This document shows, piece by piece, positions 21,981-33,583 of a stretch of 64,000 nucleotides of DNA. The notes under the pieces are model-generated. The model ran no database searches, was not told the DNA's origin, and saw nothing but the letters and a program-made list of their open reading frames with translations. This stretch comes from an uncultured Chloroflexia bacterium (GTDB lineage: Bacteria; Chloroflexota; Anaerolineae; Anaerolineales; UBA4823): positions 33,840-97,839 of the forward strand of contig CAVZSS010000035.1 of the NCBI GenBank assembly GCA_963777965.1, written 5' to 3'. The number at the start of each line of letters is the position of its first letter. Within the stretch, counting starts at the first letter, position 1. Made by a program: the position numbers and the translations under genes.

Positions 21981-23288
21981 TTATGGAACATCCACGTATT
22001 TGGTTGTGTCTGGGTTCTTCCAGGCATCTGGATAGTTGGTCATATCCTCGCAGCCGCACATGGCGTAGTGCAGTGGGGGCATTTCTGGGTCGATGTATTG
22101 ATCCAGATTGGCTGTTGTAACATCCGGCTGGGGCAGGTACCAGTTGTGCTGGACGGTCTCACCCTGCAGGAACATGACCGAAGACAAAACTGCTGTGCGC
22201 CATTGGTAAGTTGCAAAGGTGGGGGCAATCGCCTTCTCAAGATTGGCTTTCCAGTACTGCAGGTAGTCTTCCTGGTCTTCACCCACCATGACTTTCGGAT
22301 AGGGAGCTCCGGCATCCTTGAAGGCTTCCAGGACGGTTACGGCAGTACCACCAGCGTCCATCCAAACTGCTTCGATGGTGCCGTACTTCGCCAGGTAATC
22401 GCTTACCACGGTGCTGGCTTTGAAGGAATCGTAAGCGACGAATTCCACACCAATGATGTTGAGCTGTGGATTCTGTTCAAAGATCTTGCGGGCTGCACCC
22501 CAGCGCTGCTCAAGCACGTCCACACCCGGTAGGATACGGAAGGCGAGCACATTGCCACCTTCGGGCAGGTTGTCAACGATGTATTGGGCACCGGAGATAC
22601 CGAAGGCATAACCACCGATGCTGCGCTCGGAGACGACCGGGCAGTCCGTCTGAGCATAGCGGTCAAACTGGACCACGGGCATAACCTCGCAGGCTTTCTC
22701 GACGATGGGGGTCAGGGCTTCACTGGTGTTGGAGGCAACGATCAGGATGTCGCATTTCCCAGGGGTGTTGATGATATCCTGGATGTCAGCGATCTGCTTG
22801 GCATCGTCACCGGCAGCATCGAGGTGATAGAAGTTCTGCACCAGACCTTCAGCACGCAGCTGCTCAACCTGCTCGCGGATGTCGATATAACCTACCACAC
22901 GCCAGGGATTGTTGACACCGGCATTGGAGAAGCAGACATTGTAGGGGGGTTCCTTTTCTGCAAATGCAGCATATTGCGGGTAATCGGCGATGGATGTCGG
23001 GCTTTCCTCAAGGTACTGCAGGTAGATAGGGTCATTCGGATTCAGCGCTGCTTTGGTCATCAATTCTTTCTGTTTGTTGTATTCATCTTCACTCCAGAAT
23101 TGTTGTGCAACAGTGGCTGATTCCATTTGAAGGCCCGGATTTGCCGCTTCCGCGGGTTCTTCCACTGCGGTGACTTCAGTTGCAGCTGGTTCTTCAACGG
23201 CAGGGGCTTCGGTGGTAGCCGACTTGCATGCAGCTAACAACATGCTGAAGGCGACCAATAGGCTAACAACAATATACAACTTTTTCAT
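21981..23288 (-). CDS. Monosaccharide ABC transporter substrate-binding lipoprotein (RbsB-like, CUT2)
   Basis: Lipobox LLAAC, Ala/Glu/Pro linker, FSNAGVNNPWR, KQIADIQD, PVVQFDR. Confidence 0.9.
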   Translation of the reverse strand: MKKLYIVVSLLVAFSMLLAACKSATTEAPAVEEPAATEVTAVEEPAEAANPGLQMESATVAQQFWSEDEYNKQKELMTKAALNPNDPIYLQYLEESPTSIADYPQYAAFAEKEPPYNVCFSNAGVNNPWRVVGYIDIREQVEQLRAEGLVQNFYHLDAAGDDAKQIADIQDIINTPGKCDILIVASNTSEALTPIVEKACEVMPVVQFDRYAQTDCPVVSERSIGGYAFGISGAQYIVDNLPEGGNVLAFRILPGVDVLEQRWGAARKIFEQNPQLNIIGVEFVAYDSFKASTVVSDYLAKYGTIEAVWMDAGGTAVTVLEAFKDAGAPYPKVMVGEDQEDYLQYWKANLEKAIAPTFATYQWRTAVLSSVMFLQGETVQHNWYLPQPDVTTANLDQYIDPEMPPLHYAMCGCEDMTNYPDAWKNPDTTKYVDVP

Positions 23289-23444
23289 TAGTAAATCTCC
23301 TCCAAAAATTTTATTTAAAATTTTGATTAACCAAACTTAACTTGCTTTACATTTATTATTTTTTTATACGCACCTCCTATTTAAGCTACTGGTCTCGCTT
23401 ACAATTTTATCAGACCAAACGGACAGCGAGTTATATTACCGCGT

Positions 23445-24452
23445 TTACTTTCTCTTCTGTGAAGAAAGACCAACATAAGCCACAGCACCAATGATGATCA
23501 AACCTTGTACCACATCTGTGTACGGTTTGGGTAAACCAAGCATGTTCAGCAGGTTAACGATTGCCTGAAGGGTAAATGCGCCAAAAATCACATTGAGTAC
23601 GGAGCCTTTGCCTCCGCCCAACAACACGCCACCTACCACGCAGGCAGCGATCGCTTGCATTTCCAGCCCTTCACCGATGGTGACATTCACTCCCCCATAC
23701 CCACCAATCATTATACCGCCTATAATCGCAAAAACTGAACATAGGGTGAAGGTAATCACACGTACCAGCCTGACCTTTACGCCGGATAATTGGCTTGCCC
23801 GGACATTGTCGCCGACAGCCAGGAGCTGCTTTCCAAAATTGCCTCGGTGGAAAAATACGTATGAAAGTACTCCAATCACGATCAGAATGATCAAGGCGTA
23901 CGGCACTCTTTCAAACAAAACAACGTTTTCGAAATAATTTCGGCCGAAGGCGCGCCAGTTATCCGTCAGATACCCCTGGGGTGCGCCACCCACATAATAC
24001 AGGGCAGTACCACGCACCAGCAGCATCATCCCAAGCGTCGTAATGAAGGAGGGAACCTTGAGATAACTTACCACCAGTCCGTTCACCAATCCGATCAAGA
24101 CCCCAGCCCCCAGCATTATCATGATAGTGGGGAAGGCATTGGCAGGGTCATTCGCCAGCAGTTTCGAACTCACCAGGACGACAAATGTGACGATCGCGCC
24201 GACTGTAAGGTCGAAACCACCGATCGCCAGGACGAACATCTCACCGATCGCCAACACTGCCAGTGGGGCAGCAGTTCGAAGGAAGGTCATAACACCGTTC
24301 ATGGATTGATATTTAACCGGATTGAGGAATCCCAAGACAATAAAGATTACAAAGAAAACGGGGTAAACGGGTGGAATTTTCTTGATCCAACCCAATATAT
24401 TGCGGAGGGCGTTCGAAAATCTTTCAGGAGCAGTGATGGTAGTTGTCGTCAT
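23445..24452 (-). CDS. Monosaccharide ABC transporter permease (RbsC-like)
   Basis: GGFDLTVG, VPSFITTLG, AIAACVVGGVLLGGGKG. Confidence 0.92.
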   Translation of the reverse strand: MTTTTITAPERFSNALRNILGWIKKIPPVYPVFFVIFIVLGFLNPVKYQSMNGVMTFLRTAAPLAVLAIGEMFVLAIGGFDLTVGAIVTFVVLVSSKLLANDPANAFPTIMIMLGAGVLIGLVNGLVVSYLKVPSFITTLGMMLLVRGTALYYVGGAPQGYLTDNWRAFGRNYFENVVLFERVPYALIILIVIGVLSYVFFHRGNFGKQLLAVGDNVRASQLSGVKVRLVRVITFTLCSVFAIIGGIMIGGYGGVNVTIGEGLEMQAIAACVVGGVLLGGGKGSVLNVIFGAFTLQAIVNLLNMLGLPKPYTDVVQGLIIIGAVAYVGLSSQKRK

Positions 24453-24464
24453 TCGATGCACTCC

Positions 24465-25460
24465 TTAAGCTGCTTCTTTCTTCGAGCGTATCGTGTAGCT
24501 TGCCACGGCTAAAATAATGATTGCACCACGCAAGACCATTTTCAGATATGGGTTCACGCCCAGCTGGTTGAAAGTCGTGTCAAGGATACCGAAGATCAAA
24601 ACCCCGGCCAGGGTACCCCACACTCCACCTTTTCCACCGGAGAGGGCGGTACCACCAATCACGGTCGTGGCAATCGAGTTCAGGTCATACAGCCCATTCG
24701 GACCGACCCAGGGAGCTCCTGAGCGCATCTGGCTGACCAGGAACAATCCCGAAAGAACCGCGGTCAGACTGCACAGGATATGTGCGCCAATCACCACGCG
24801 GTCGGTTCTGACACCGGAAAGGCGTGCTACTTCGGAGTTGCCTCCAACTCCATACAGGTGAGCTCCAAATTTTGTGCGAGCGAGTATGAACCAACCAACT
24901 AAGAAAACAAATAACATGATGATTATGGATACAGGTATGGAACCGATCTTGCCATAACCAAAGTATTCAAAACTTTCAGGAACGCTGCCAGTATAGTTGG
25001 AAAATGTGGCATTGATGATCCCTTTAATGATCAAGCTAACTCCGAGTGTGGCAATAAAGGGATTGACTTTTAGTTTGGTGATGATCAGCCCATTAGCCAC
25101 CCCGATAATGACGCCTATTCCAAATACAGCCGGGATGGCGATAGGAACCTTGGCTGGGTCTCCCTGCATAATGTAAGACGACATGACCGCAGTGATGCTG
25201 ATGGTGAAGGCAACTGAAAGATCTATGGATGCGCCGATGATCACCATGGTTTGCCCGACCGCAATAATTCCCAATGCCACAGAGCGGACAATAATGTTAA
25301 GCATAATTGCCGGATTGGTTAGAATTTGACCATCTGAAAGAATCTGATCCAGCAATCCACTGACCAGGAAAGTAACGATCAAGAAAATATATACAGGAGG
25401 AATATGGATAGAACGGGTAGTTCGTCTAAACCAGCTATCGGTTGCAGTAGTGGTCGTCAT
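24465..25460 (-). CDS. Monosaccharide ABC transporter permease (RbsC-like)
   Basis: SIDLSV, VNPFIATLG, VIGGTALSGGKG. Confidence 0.92.
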   Translation of the reverse strand: MTTTTATDSWFRRTTRSIHIPPVYIFLIVTFLVSGLLDQILSDGQILTNPAIMLNIIVRSVALGIIAVGQTMVIIGASIDLSVAFTISITAVMSSYIMQGDPAKVPIAIPAVFGIGVIIGVANGLIITKLKVNPFIATLGVSLIIKGIINATFSNYTGSVPESFEYFGYGKIGSIPVSIIIMLFVFLVGWFILARTKFGAHLYGVGGNSEVARLSGVRTDRVVIGAHILCSLTAVLSGLFLVSQMRSGAPWVGPNGLYDLNSIATTVIGGTALSGGKGGVWGTLAGVLIFGILDTTFNQLGVNPYLKMVLRGAIIILAVASYTIRSKKEAA

Positions 25461-25461
25461 T

Positions 25462-27052
25462 TCATATCTCTCCTACAACGGCAGTCGTCTCAGGGCTTTT
25501 ATCAGCGGCATGGCCAATTGCCATCAGCATGATCTCCTGTTCACTGGATCTGGCAGGAAGTTCTCCAGCAATCCGATGATCTGCCATAACAAGTATCCGG
25601 TCGCTCATCCCGATGATTTCCGGTAATTCAGATGAAATCATCAAAACTGCAATGCCCTTTTTGGTCAATGCCCGGATCATATCGTGGATACCTGCCTTCG
25701 ATTCCACATCGATGCCGCGGGTTGGCTCATCAAAAATGAATACATTCGCATCCGAAGCCAGCCACTTGGCAAGCACCACTTTCTGTTGATTTCCACCACT
25801 CAGGAATTGCACTTCGCGATCGAATGAATCAGTCCGTATATCGACCTGTTCGCCCAGCATGGGGACCAGCTTACGAGATTTCCTGATCCCATCCTTGAGG
25901 ATGAGGCCAAATAAAAATTGAACGGACCGGACGGTTAATAACATGTTATCCCGGATAGGTTGCCTGGGAGGCTAACCCTTCCGATTTCCGGTCTTCGGTG
26001 ACAAACCCCATCTTGTTCTTAATCGCCTTGGCAGGGTTTTTGATCGCGATGGCTTTACCATGTAATTCCATGTTGCCTGATTTGAAAGGCATCACACCAA
26101 ACAAGGATTGAGCCAGTTCTGTCCGTCCTGATCCCTGCAGGCCGGCAACTCCCAGCACCTCCCCTTTGCGGAGCTCAAAGTTGATGTCTGACAGAATCTG
26201 GTTTGAAGCATTGGTAACCTTCAGCACCACTTCACCAAAATCCTCAGGAGTACCCAGAGGAGGGAAGTAGTGATCCAGGGTGCGACCGACCATCAAGAAC
26301 ACCACATCAGAAGGTGTGACATCCTTTTTATTCACCGTCTTGATGAGCTTTCCGTCTTTCAATACCGTGATCTTATCTGCAATGTCAAACACTTCTCTGA
26401 GGCGGTGGGAAATGAAAATGATGGACATCCCCTTTTGTTTCAATCGGTCGATCAAATTTACCAGCAGATCAACCTCTGTATAGGTAAGCGCAGCAGTGGG
26501 TTCATCCATGATCAGCACTTTCGCCTTGAAGGAAATGGCTTTGGCAATTTCCACCAGCTGCTGTTCGCTACGGATAAGGTTGCTGACGAGGGCAGTTGGT
26601 GAGATCATTTTTTCCACGCCAAGCTCTTTTAAAACTTCCACAGCCTCTTTGTTCATCTTCTGGATATTGAGAGTTCCTAAGCGTGAAGATTCCCGTGCAA
26701 GGAAAATATTGTGTGCCACGGTTCGTTCAGGAAGCAGGTTGAACTCCTGGTAGATGATGGCGACCCCTTTCATCTGGGCTTCACGAGGGTGAGAGAAGGA
26801 TACTTTTTCGCCACTCAAATACATCGTTCCAGCATCTGGAGTATAAGCGCCCGACATGATCTTCATCAAGGTGGACTTACCGGCACCATTTTCACCTACA
26901 ACAGCGTGTGTTTCACCAGGGAAGAACTGCAGCGATACATCATCAAGTGCTACAACACCCGGGAAACGTTTTGAAATATGCTGCACTTCCAGTGGGTAGG
27001 GCTGAATTTCTTCAGCAGGTATTGTGTTTGTGTCATCGAATTCATTTGCCAT
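25462..27052 (-). CDS. Monosaccharide ABC transporter ATP-binding protein (RbsA/MglA-like; frameshift near 25960)
   Basis: GENGAGKST, MDEPT, LSGGNQQK, DEPTRGID; two ABC domains split across two ORFs. Confidence 0.92.
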
Positions 27053-27083
27053 AGATAAACCTCGTCATATTAATGACTGATGA

Positions 27084-27933
27084 TCAAGCAAATAAGGTTT
27101 TCAAGAACTTTAAGCCTTGGGTTGCAATCGCATCCTGGCTGGGTGCGATCTCACGCCAGATATTTACAGCCCGGGCAATCTCTTTAACCTGGGAGGTAAA
27201 AGATTCTATCACGACTGGACCCTGATAATTGGTACTCTTTCAATGCTGGAGCAATTTCCTGCCAATGAACCTGGCCAGTTCCAGGGACACCCCGGTCATT
27301 TTCACAGGCATGGAAGTGGAATATTTTATCTCCTGCCAGGCGAATTGCCTGCGGGCTGCTTTTCTCCTCAAGGTGCATGTGAAAGGTGTCTAAATGAAAG
27401 CCAACATTATCCCGGCCAATATCTTTGATGAATGCCAGCCCCTGTGAGACCGTGTTGATCATATCTGTTTCAAAGCGATTCAGAGGTTCAAGGGCAAGTT
27501 TAATCCCCTTTCCTGCAGCATAATCAGCCATTTCCCGCATTTCCGAAACAGCCAATTCCCATTCTTTCTTCCTTGACTCACTATCCTCAAGATGTTCTTT
27601 GCCTACTGCCGAATACATGGGACCACAAACCACCGGGGAGCCAACCTGTGCAGCCGCATCGATCATCCAGATGATATACTGGCGGGCGTTTTGGCGAACT
27701 TTTGGGTCAAAGCTGCAAATATTTCGATCGGGACCAAATACACCGCAAATCACGGGTGACAGCCCGTTCGCTTCCAGCTCGCTTTTTATTGTTTGAATAT
27801 CAAGCAGGTCAGGGTTTTCACAGGCAATTTCAAGGATGTCAAATCCCATAGCTTTCACTTTAGGTGCCAATTCTTTCACAGCCTCCGTTGTGCAAGGTGA
27901 AACCCAAACGAACGTATTGACTCCAAATTTCAT
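27084..27933 (-). CDS. D-psicose/D-tagatose 3-epimerase family protein (frameshift near 27235)
   Basis: GPMYS, LEPLNRFET, LDTFHM..EEK, HACENDRG.PGTG, then VVIESFT..IARAVNIWR in shifted frame. Confidence 0.85.
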
Positions 27934-27943
27934 TAAATGCTCC

Positions 27944-29209
27944 TCATCCCATTACAACATCAGCCCGGCTGGTTGAAAGGGTAAATATATTATCCATGGC
28001 AAGATTGATCGCGCCGATCACACCCGCATCCTGCCCAATTTCTGAAAAGACAATTTGCAGATCACGGGTTGCTAAAGGTAGTGAACGGTGCAAGACTGTT
28101 TGGCGGATCGAAGACAGCAAGAGATTGCCCAGGTTGCTGACCCCTCCCCCAATCACGATCATCCCTGGGTTGTAAAAATTAACCAATCCGGCAAGCACGT
28201 CACCAATGAATTGTCCGCTCTCGCGGATAACTTCTATCGCCAGGGCATCACCTTCTCTTGATGCATTCCCAACATCTTCTGCCCGGAGGACATATCCATT
28301 CTTTTCATACAGGCTCATAATAATTGAGCTTTTTCCGGCTTGGGCTGCTAGTAATGAACGCTCGGCAATCGCAGGACCTGCAGCCATGGCTTCCAAACAT
28401 CCCTTGTTTCCACAATGGCACAAGGGACCATTTTTATCGACACATATATGGCCGATATCGCCTGCGCAACCGCTTGCCCCGCGGTAGATTTTCCCCTCAC
28501 AAACAATTCCTGCCCCAATCCCAGTCCCGATTTTAATAAAAATCAGGTTGTCGATCCCTTTCCCAGATCCCTGATATATTTCCCCTAACGCCATCACATT
28601 AACATCATTGTCAACGACAACATTGGCAGATGGGAACCATTGGTGGATCGGTTTCTATGATCGGATAACGATCCCAACCAGGCATGATCGGTGGTGAGAC
28701 CAAGGTTCCCAAAGAAAAATCCACCGGGCCAGGAACTCCAATTCCAATGCCATGAAGCTGGGCAGGATCAAGGTTGTTCTCCTGGAGCAGTTTTTCAAGC
28801 AAAGAACATACCCGGCCTAATATCTTGATCGGACCATCTTTGACCGATGCAGGTTCAGCATATCGAACTAGCATCCTTCCGGAAAAATCTGCGATGCCCA
28901 GGTCAATACTGGTCGCCCCGATGTCTACACCAGCCACGATACCAAAATCTCCGTTCAGGCTGTACTTCCTGGAGCGCCGACCACCTGTATATTCAGTGAC
29001 ATTATTTGCCACAATGATATTCTTGTTGAGCAGTGACTTCAATATAACCTGTTATCTTGGTTCGGGAATAATCGGTGAATGCCATCAAATCCGAAATGGA
29101 AATCTCCCCATACTTCCGGACCAGAGTCTACCAATATTTTTTCGGAAATGGAAACGAAATATTGATACGGTAAACCATCTTCCGGGTGCTGCCTCGATGG
29201 CTTTTCCAT
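27944..29209 (-). CDS. ROK family transcriptional regulator (frameshifts near 29127, 29043, 28660)
   Basis: HTH-like N-terminus (ISISDLMAFTDYSRTKIT), TGGRR, GVPGPVD, GDIGH, CHCGNKGCLE; start uncertain (29209 or 29260). Confidence 0.85.
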
Positions 29210-29419
29210 TGGAGCGACTGTAATTAATTTCTTATGCAATACTTCTCGTTCGATTCCCATTTACAACCAGGCTCAGATTCTTATGCAGAAGTTATCATGG
29301 CGAGCAAATGCATATCGATGGTCTCTGTGATACGCAGAAATAGACATTCGATCAGTTTAGCTGATCAAACCACACGGTCGAACAATGTAAAGTGCAATAT
29401 GAAATCCAAAAGGAGAACT

Positions 29420-29469
29420 GTTAATTACAGGATTACATATCATTATAGCTGTTTATGTCAACCTGTCAA
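29420..29469 (-). promoter_or_regulatory. Consensus sigma70 promoter plus GntR-type operator
   Basis: TTGACA(29469-29464)-N16-TATAAT(29447-29442) on minus strand; TAATTACAGGATTACA at 29422-29437 just downstream. Confidence 0.75.
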
Positions 29470-29587
29470 TATGTTTTGTGCAAATTGGAACTACTTATAA
29501 CATATTCGGTGATTAGTTTCGCTTTAATGGTTTTATGCTAAGGGTTAAACCGAGTTCTTTGACGATGAAATCTTTCCGCATATTCAC

Positions 29588-30919
29588 CTATGTGGTAATA
29601 CAATCCAGGTCAAATACTTTTGAGACCATTTGCAGCTCGTTCAAGTTGTGACCCGTTGTAATAATGTAGTGATGGGAAACCAGGTCATCCACCAGCTTCT
29701 TGCCGTTTGGAACATGAATGACTGCGCCGTTCAAACAATGCGAATTCTCAAACCCGGCATATTTGGGAAGCTCTCCCTCCACGATGGACCATCGGTCAAA
29801 AGGCGGCATGAGTTTTACCAGGGTGATATCCCCTTCCGCGAGACGCGCATCAATTGCTGTGGCATTATCATCGACAATCGCCAGCACTTTCTCTTTCAGC
29901 GTCCACTCCGTTGAAAATGATTGTGGGACCACGCCTAAATATCCGCAGTGAGCGGCCAGGATATAATCTTCTGGTGCGCCTTCGACCTCCGGGAAGTATG
30001 GGATGTGCTCATGTTTCAAGGCTGCATTACCCATCTGGAATGGATACAGGTTGGTCATCATAAACGGCACACCAATGGTTTTATCGATCAGGATCTCGGT
30101 CAGCATCGATACCAGGTCACCCTCGCAGCCCCAGACCATGCGTTGATCTTCATATAAGAAATTCCAGGCCAGGCAGGGGGTGGTATCCGAAAACATCGAT
30201 TCATTCAGGCAGTTGATACCCACAGCAATGATATCCGGGTCCTGGTCCAGGTCCCTTTTCACCGCCATGTAGATCTTTACAGCGCTCAAGACCGCTCGCT
30301 GGGTAATTTTACCGATCGGGGTTTTAGCCTTACGCTGCTCCCAAACCTTTAGGGCTGCTTCATCGGGGATGGCTTTTGCATCCTGGGCTAATTGCTTAAA
30401 GCTCTTTACAACGACTTGAACACCATACTTCGCTTCGATGGCATTCACACATTCCGGTTCCCACCAATAGAACCGCTTGAAGATCTCGTCCTGGTTTCCA
30501 CCACCACTGGCCGGCTTATCCTGGTATGCCAGTAATTTCGATTGTTTCAGCTGGCGTTTGAGAGCAAAAGCCCGGCAGGCCTGCTTGGTCTTCTCCAGGT
30601 TCGTGGGACCAATTACTTTAATTCCTTTGGCAGTCAGGTAGCTGTTGATTTCCCAATCCCACATCGAGACTGTGCCAAATTCAGAGGTTACAACCAGTAG
30701 CGGTTGCGGTAAGTTTTTAATCTTGTCCAGCAGCCGAAAGGCTTCTCCAAGCATTTGTGGAAAGATCACGCCATCCGTCTCCGGTAATTTTGCTCCCAAT
30801 TGGACCGGTTCCAATAATTCAGCTTCTTCAGCAAGCAGTTCATGCAATTTCTGCAGTTGGGCTATAAAATCTGGATCAGCGGCTGTTTTAAAGTAAATTG
30901 GGACAAGTTTCGCTTTCAT
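29588..30919 (-). CDS. L-fucose/L-arabinose isomerase-like protein
   Basis: INC..PCLA, GCEGD and AHCG motifs, C-terminal HHYII typical of the FucI/AraA fold. Confidence 0.7.
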   Translation of the reverse strand: MKAKLVPIYFKTAADPDFIAQLQKLHELLAEEAELLEPVQLGAKLPETDGVIFPQMLGEAFRLLDKIKNLPQPLLVVTSEFGTVSMWDWEINSYLTAKGIKVIGPTNLEKTKQACRAFALKRQLKQSKLLAYQDKPASGGGNQDEIFKRFYWWEPECVNAIEAKYGVQVVVKSFKQLAQDAKAIPDEAALKVWEQRKAKTPIGKITQRAVLSAVKIYMAVKRDLDQDPDIIAVGINCLNESMFSDTTPCLAWNFLYEDQRMVWGCEGDLVSMLTEILIDKTIGVPFMMTNLYPFQMGNAALKHEHIPYFPEVEGAPEDYILAAHCGYLGVVPQSFSTEWTLKEKVLAIVDDNATAIDARLAEGDITLVKLMPPFDRWSIVEGELPKYAGFENSHCLNGAVIHVPNGKKLVDDLVSHHYIITTGHNLNELQMVSKVFDLDCITT

Positions 30920-30960
30920 GGTTTTCTCCTATCTCGAATCAGTCTACATGGTCTTTATGT

Positions 30961-31008
30961 AAAAATAAATATACGAGGAACAGGCCGTGCTAACCCTGTC
31001 CCTCGTAT
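30961..31008 (-). terminator. Intrinsic terminator after Gfo/Idh/MocA gene
   Basis: ATACGAGG-AACAGG...CCTGT-CCCTCGTAT stem with A-tract on left. Confidence 0.65.
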
Positions 31009-31045
31009 TGAAATCATAAATATTGCAAAACTCCAAAATCAACCT

Positions 31046-32210
31046 TTACTTGATATCGGAAACAGTAACTTTCTGACCCGTCGCCGCAGACTTGATTGCA
31101 GCTTCCAGAACTTGCATGATTTTCATTCCATCATAGAAATTCGGTGCTACCTTGGTGCCTTTTTCAATCGCGGCCAGGAAATCAACGATGGCATGGGAGA
31201 ATTCGTGCTCATAACCGATGATGTGCCCAGGCGGCCACCAGGCTGCCACGTACGGATGGGTTGAATTTGTCACCAGGATGGTCCTAAAGCCCTGTTCATC
31301 GGCTGTATCAGAAAGATCAAGGTATTGGAGCTCGTTCATGCGCTCAAGGTTGAACACCAGGCTGCCTTTGCTGCCATAGATTTCGAAGTAATTGTAATTC
31401 TTACGGCCACTGGCAAACCGGCTGGCTTCAAAGGAACCCAGGGCACCATTTTCAAATTCGGTGAGCATGAATGCGGCATCATCCACGGTGACCTTCGGCC
31501 TTATCTGTAGCCCCAGTCCCGGCTTTGAAAGTACCGGCATCCTTACCGGGCAATGGTCGTTCGGTCACGAAGGTTTTCATCATGGCAGTGACGGCTTGGA
31601 TTTCACCGACCAGGTAGCGCCCAAGATCAACACTGTGAGAGTTCAGATCATAATGCGGACCTGCACCCGCAAATTTCTTTTGTAAGTGCCAGGTCAGTGG
31701 GAAATTCGGGTCGGTGATCCAGTCCTGCAGGTAGGTTCCACGCCAGTGGAATATCCTGCCAATCTTGCCTTCATCGATCAATTGCTTGGCGAAAGTAACT
31801 GCAGGGACCCGGCGGTAATTATGGTTGAGATAATGGACAACGCCAGCTTTTTCCGCAGCTTCGAACATTTCTTTTGCACCTGCATACGACAGTGTAATCG
31901 GCTTTTCGCAAAAGATATGCTTCCCGTTCTGAGCGGCTGCAATCGCAATCTCCTGGTGTAGCCAGGTCGGCGTGCAGATATCGATGATATCGACATCCTT
32001 GCGCTCAACGACCTTGCGCCAATCCGTCTCAATGGTCTCCCAACCCCAGTTGTTGGCGAAAGTGGCGGTACACTCTACTTCTGTGTCACATGCCACCTTC
32101 ATCACCGGTTTTATCCCCAGCTGAAAAAACTTGGGTGCCGCACTCCAGGCATTGCTATGGGCTTTACCCATAAAGCCGGTTCCGATAATTGCTACGTTAA
32201 CTGTTTTCAA
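31046..32210 (-). CDS. Gfo/Idh/MocA oxidoreductase, levoglucosan dehydrogenase/glycoside 3-dehydrogenase-like (frameshift near 31500)
   Basis: [43 protein letters not shown]. Confidence 0.88.
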
Positions 32211-32232
32211 GGGACACTCTCTCCTTTCTTAT

Positions 32233-33120
32233 TCAATTTTCAGGAATGGTAATTATTAATTCAAGGACGCAGCAATTCGTCTTTAATTCTTTAATGCTCA
32301 AGGCAACTGCTTCATCCTCGCGTTCGGTCCAATCCGCATGCGGATGGTCGATCTCTACAGCCAGGAAACCTTTGAAGTTTGCTTTATGCAGTATTTCAGC
32401 CAGCGCCTGGTTGTTGATCAAACCCATTCCGACTGGAACACCAGCAAAGAAATGCCAGTCGGTAGGCCGGGCACTTTTATCTGGCATCAGGTCTTTGACA
32501 TGGGTAGCCAGAACGTATGGGGCAAGTTTTTCCATTCCTTTTATAGGATCATCCAGCAGGCGCAGGAAGTTGCCGGTATCAAAATTCAATCCGAAGTATT
32601 CAGAATCAACCATTTCCAGCAGCTGAAGGATCTCATCCGAGGTGAAGTCGATATGGTTCTCGACAGCCATTTTCACATCATATTCCTTGGCCACTTTGAC
32701 CGCTTTTTTGAACATCTCTGCAAGTGCTTTAACCTGGGGTCCATGCGGTTCGTGGCGGAACATTAAGCTGCTCCCCACCACCCTCATCACGTCGGCGCCA
32801 ATCGCTTTCGCACTTGGGATACCTGCAACCATCTCATCATAAGCAGCCCAATTCTGGCCTCGCTCAAGCCCATCCGGGTGACCCCAGGCATAAACCCGGT
32901 CAAATTTGTATTCATCCAATTGGGCTTTGAGGTCTTTGAACCATGCCTGGTCAATATTTTTTGGGAAGAAGCAGGATTCAAGCGAAACCCCATCCACATC
33001 CAATTCCTTGGCGCGTTTTAGAAAGTCCTGCATGGTCATATTTTTGGCAGGTGGTTTCTGATCTGGATATACTTCGCCAAAGAAACGGTGGTAACAATAA
33101 CTATCGATTCCAACTTTCAT
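32233..33120 (-). CDS. Xylose-isomerase-like TIM barrel protein
   Basis: AVENHID, NFDTGN, THVKD, AVEID; GGAGG RBS; C-terminus may contain an indel. Confidence 0.85.
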   Translation of the reverse strand: MKVGIDSYCYHRFFGEVYPDQKPPAKNMTMQDFLKRAKELDVDGVSLESCFFPKNIDQAWFKDLKAQLDEYKFDRVYAWGHPDGLERGQNWAAYDEMVAGIPSAKAIGADVMRVVGSSLMFRHEPHGPQVKALAEMFKKAVKVAKEYDVKMAVENHIDFTSDEILQLLEMVDSEYFGLNFDTGNFLRLLDDPIKGMEKLAPYVLATHVKDLMPDKSARPTDWHFFAGVPVGMGLINNQALAEILHKANFKGFLAVEIDHPHADWTEREDEAVALSIKELKTNCCVLELIITIPEN

Positions 33121-33236
33121 TTTATGCCTCCTGGGATATGATTTGGTATCTATTTACGCCAATCTTAACATCATATTGGTAATACTACGAACCATTACTG
33201 GTGTTCTTTTGCCCGGCAGAGCGGGATATTTTGACT

Positions 33237-33285
33237 TGTCATTACAGGATAACATTATTATAACGATTAATTTATCACAGTTCAA
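33237..33285 (-). promoter_or_regulatory. Leftward sigma70 promoter plus GntR-type operator
   Basis: TTGAAC-N17-TATAAT (33285-33257) on minus strand; TGTCATTACAGGATAACA 33237-33254. Confidence 0.7.
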
Positions 33286-33509
33286 GGAAATGATGTATTA
33301 ATCCTGCTGGAATGCAAAAACATATTTGAGGTAATTGGAAACCTGGTCGTCCTCTCGGTAAATGCTGCCAGCGAAGTCCCATTTCCAATCATCATCGGGG
33401 GCTGTAGTTCGATGAGCATATCGTTGAATTCAACGGCAGCAATAATCTCCGATAATTATAATGCTGAAGTTTCCCTGCTTCAAAGGTCAAGTGTATTACA
33501 ATTATTCTA

Positions 33510-33560
33510 TTGACAGGTTGGGGGTTTGTTCCTATAATAAGTTGTAATTACAGGATTACA
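33510..33560 (+). promoter_or_regulatory. Rightward consensus promoter plus GntR-type operator
   Basis: TTGACA(33510)-N17-TATAAT(33533); TGTAATTACAGGATTACA 33543-33560. Confidence 0.8.
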
Positions 33561-33583
33561 ACAAATCATCTTGTGTCCTGGGG

